A stretch of DNA of 64,000 nucleotides from Pseudovirgaria hyperparasitica (taxonomy: Eukaryota). The translations under genes and the position numbers were made by a program. Below the pieces are notes generated by a model, which was not told the origin of the DNA, did no database searches, and was given only the letters and a program-made list of their open reading frames with translations. Location of the stretch: assembly GCA_010093815.1 (NCBI GenBank), contig ML996573.1; one strand, given 5' to 3'. This document shows, in pieces, positions 63,937 through 64,000 of this stretch (the first letter of the stretch is position 1; every line of letters begins with the position of its first letter).

Positions 63937-64000
63937 TTTATCTGGTCGAGTAATGTCGGGCAATGAACGCATACATGGCGTTTATGGATACGTGTTGTTT

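Overview
Gene-dense, intron-containing eukaryotic DNA from a filamentous ascomycete (Pezizomycotina-like: short GT-AG introns with CTRAC branch sites). It holds about 29 protein genes and one intron-containing tRNA-Cys(GCA). Most are housekeeping or conserved genes: RNase T2, MRC1-like, SSN3/CDK8, MFS transporter, RIB1, VMA3, SNU13, acyl-CoA dehydrogenase, COQ11-like, YAF9, gamma-tubulin, Cdt1-like, SER2, sterol glucosyltransferase and ERV25. The standout is at 30.1-36.6 kb. Three minus-strand ORFs splice through three canonical introns into one ~1718-aa protein that joins a eukaryotic RNA-dependent RNA polymerase (intact DLDGD) to a Upf1-like SF1 helicase. It lies head-to-head (~0.35-0.4 kb) with a P-loop NadR/AAA_28-type kinase gene, which suggests a self-contained RNA-silencing or antiviral module. 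Next to it is an (R)-amine-transaminase-like gene with altered active-site residues. No transposon, CRISPR array or rRNA was recognised. All calls are by eye and from recalled family motifs; no searches were run.
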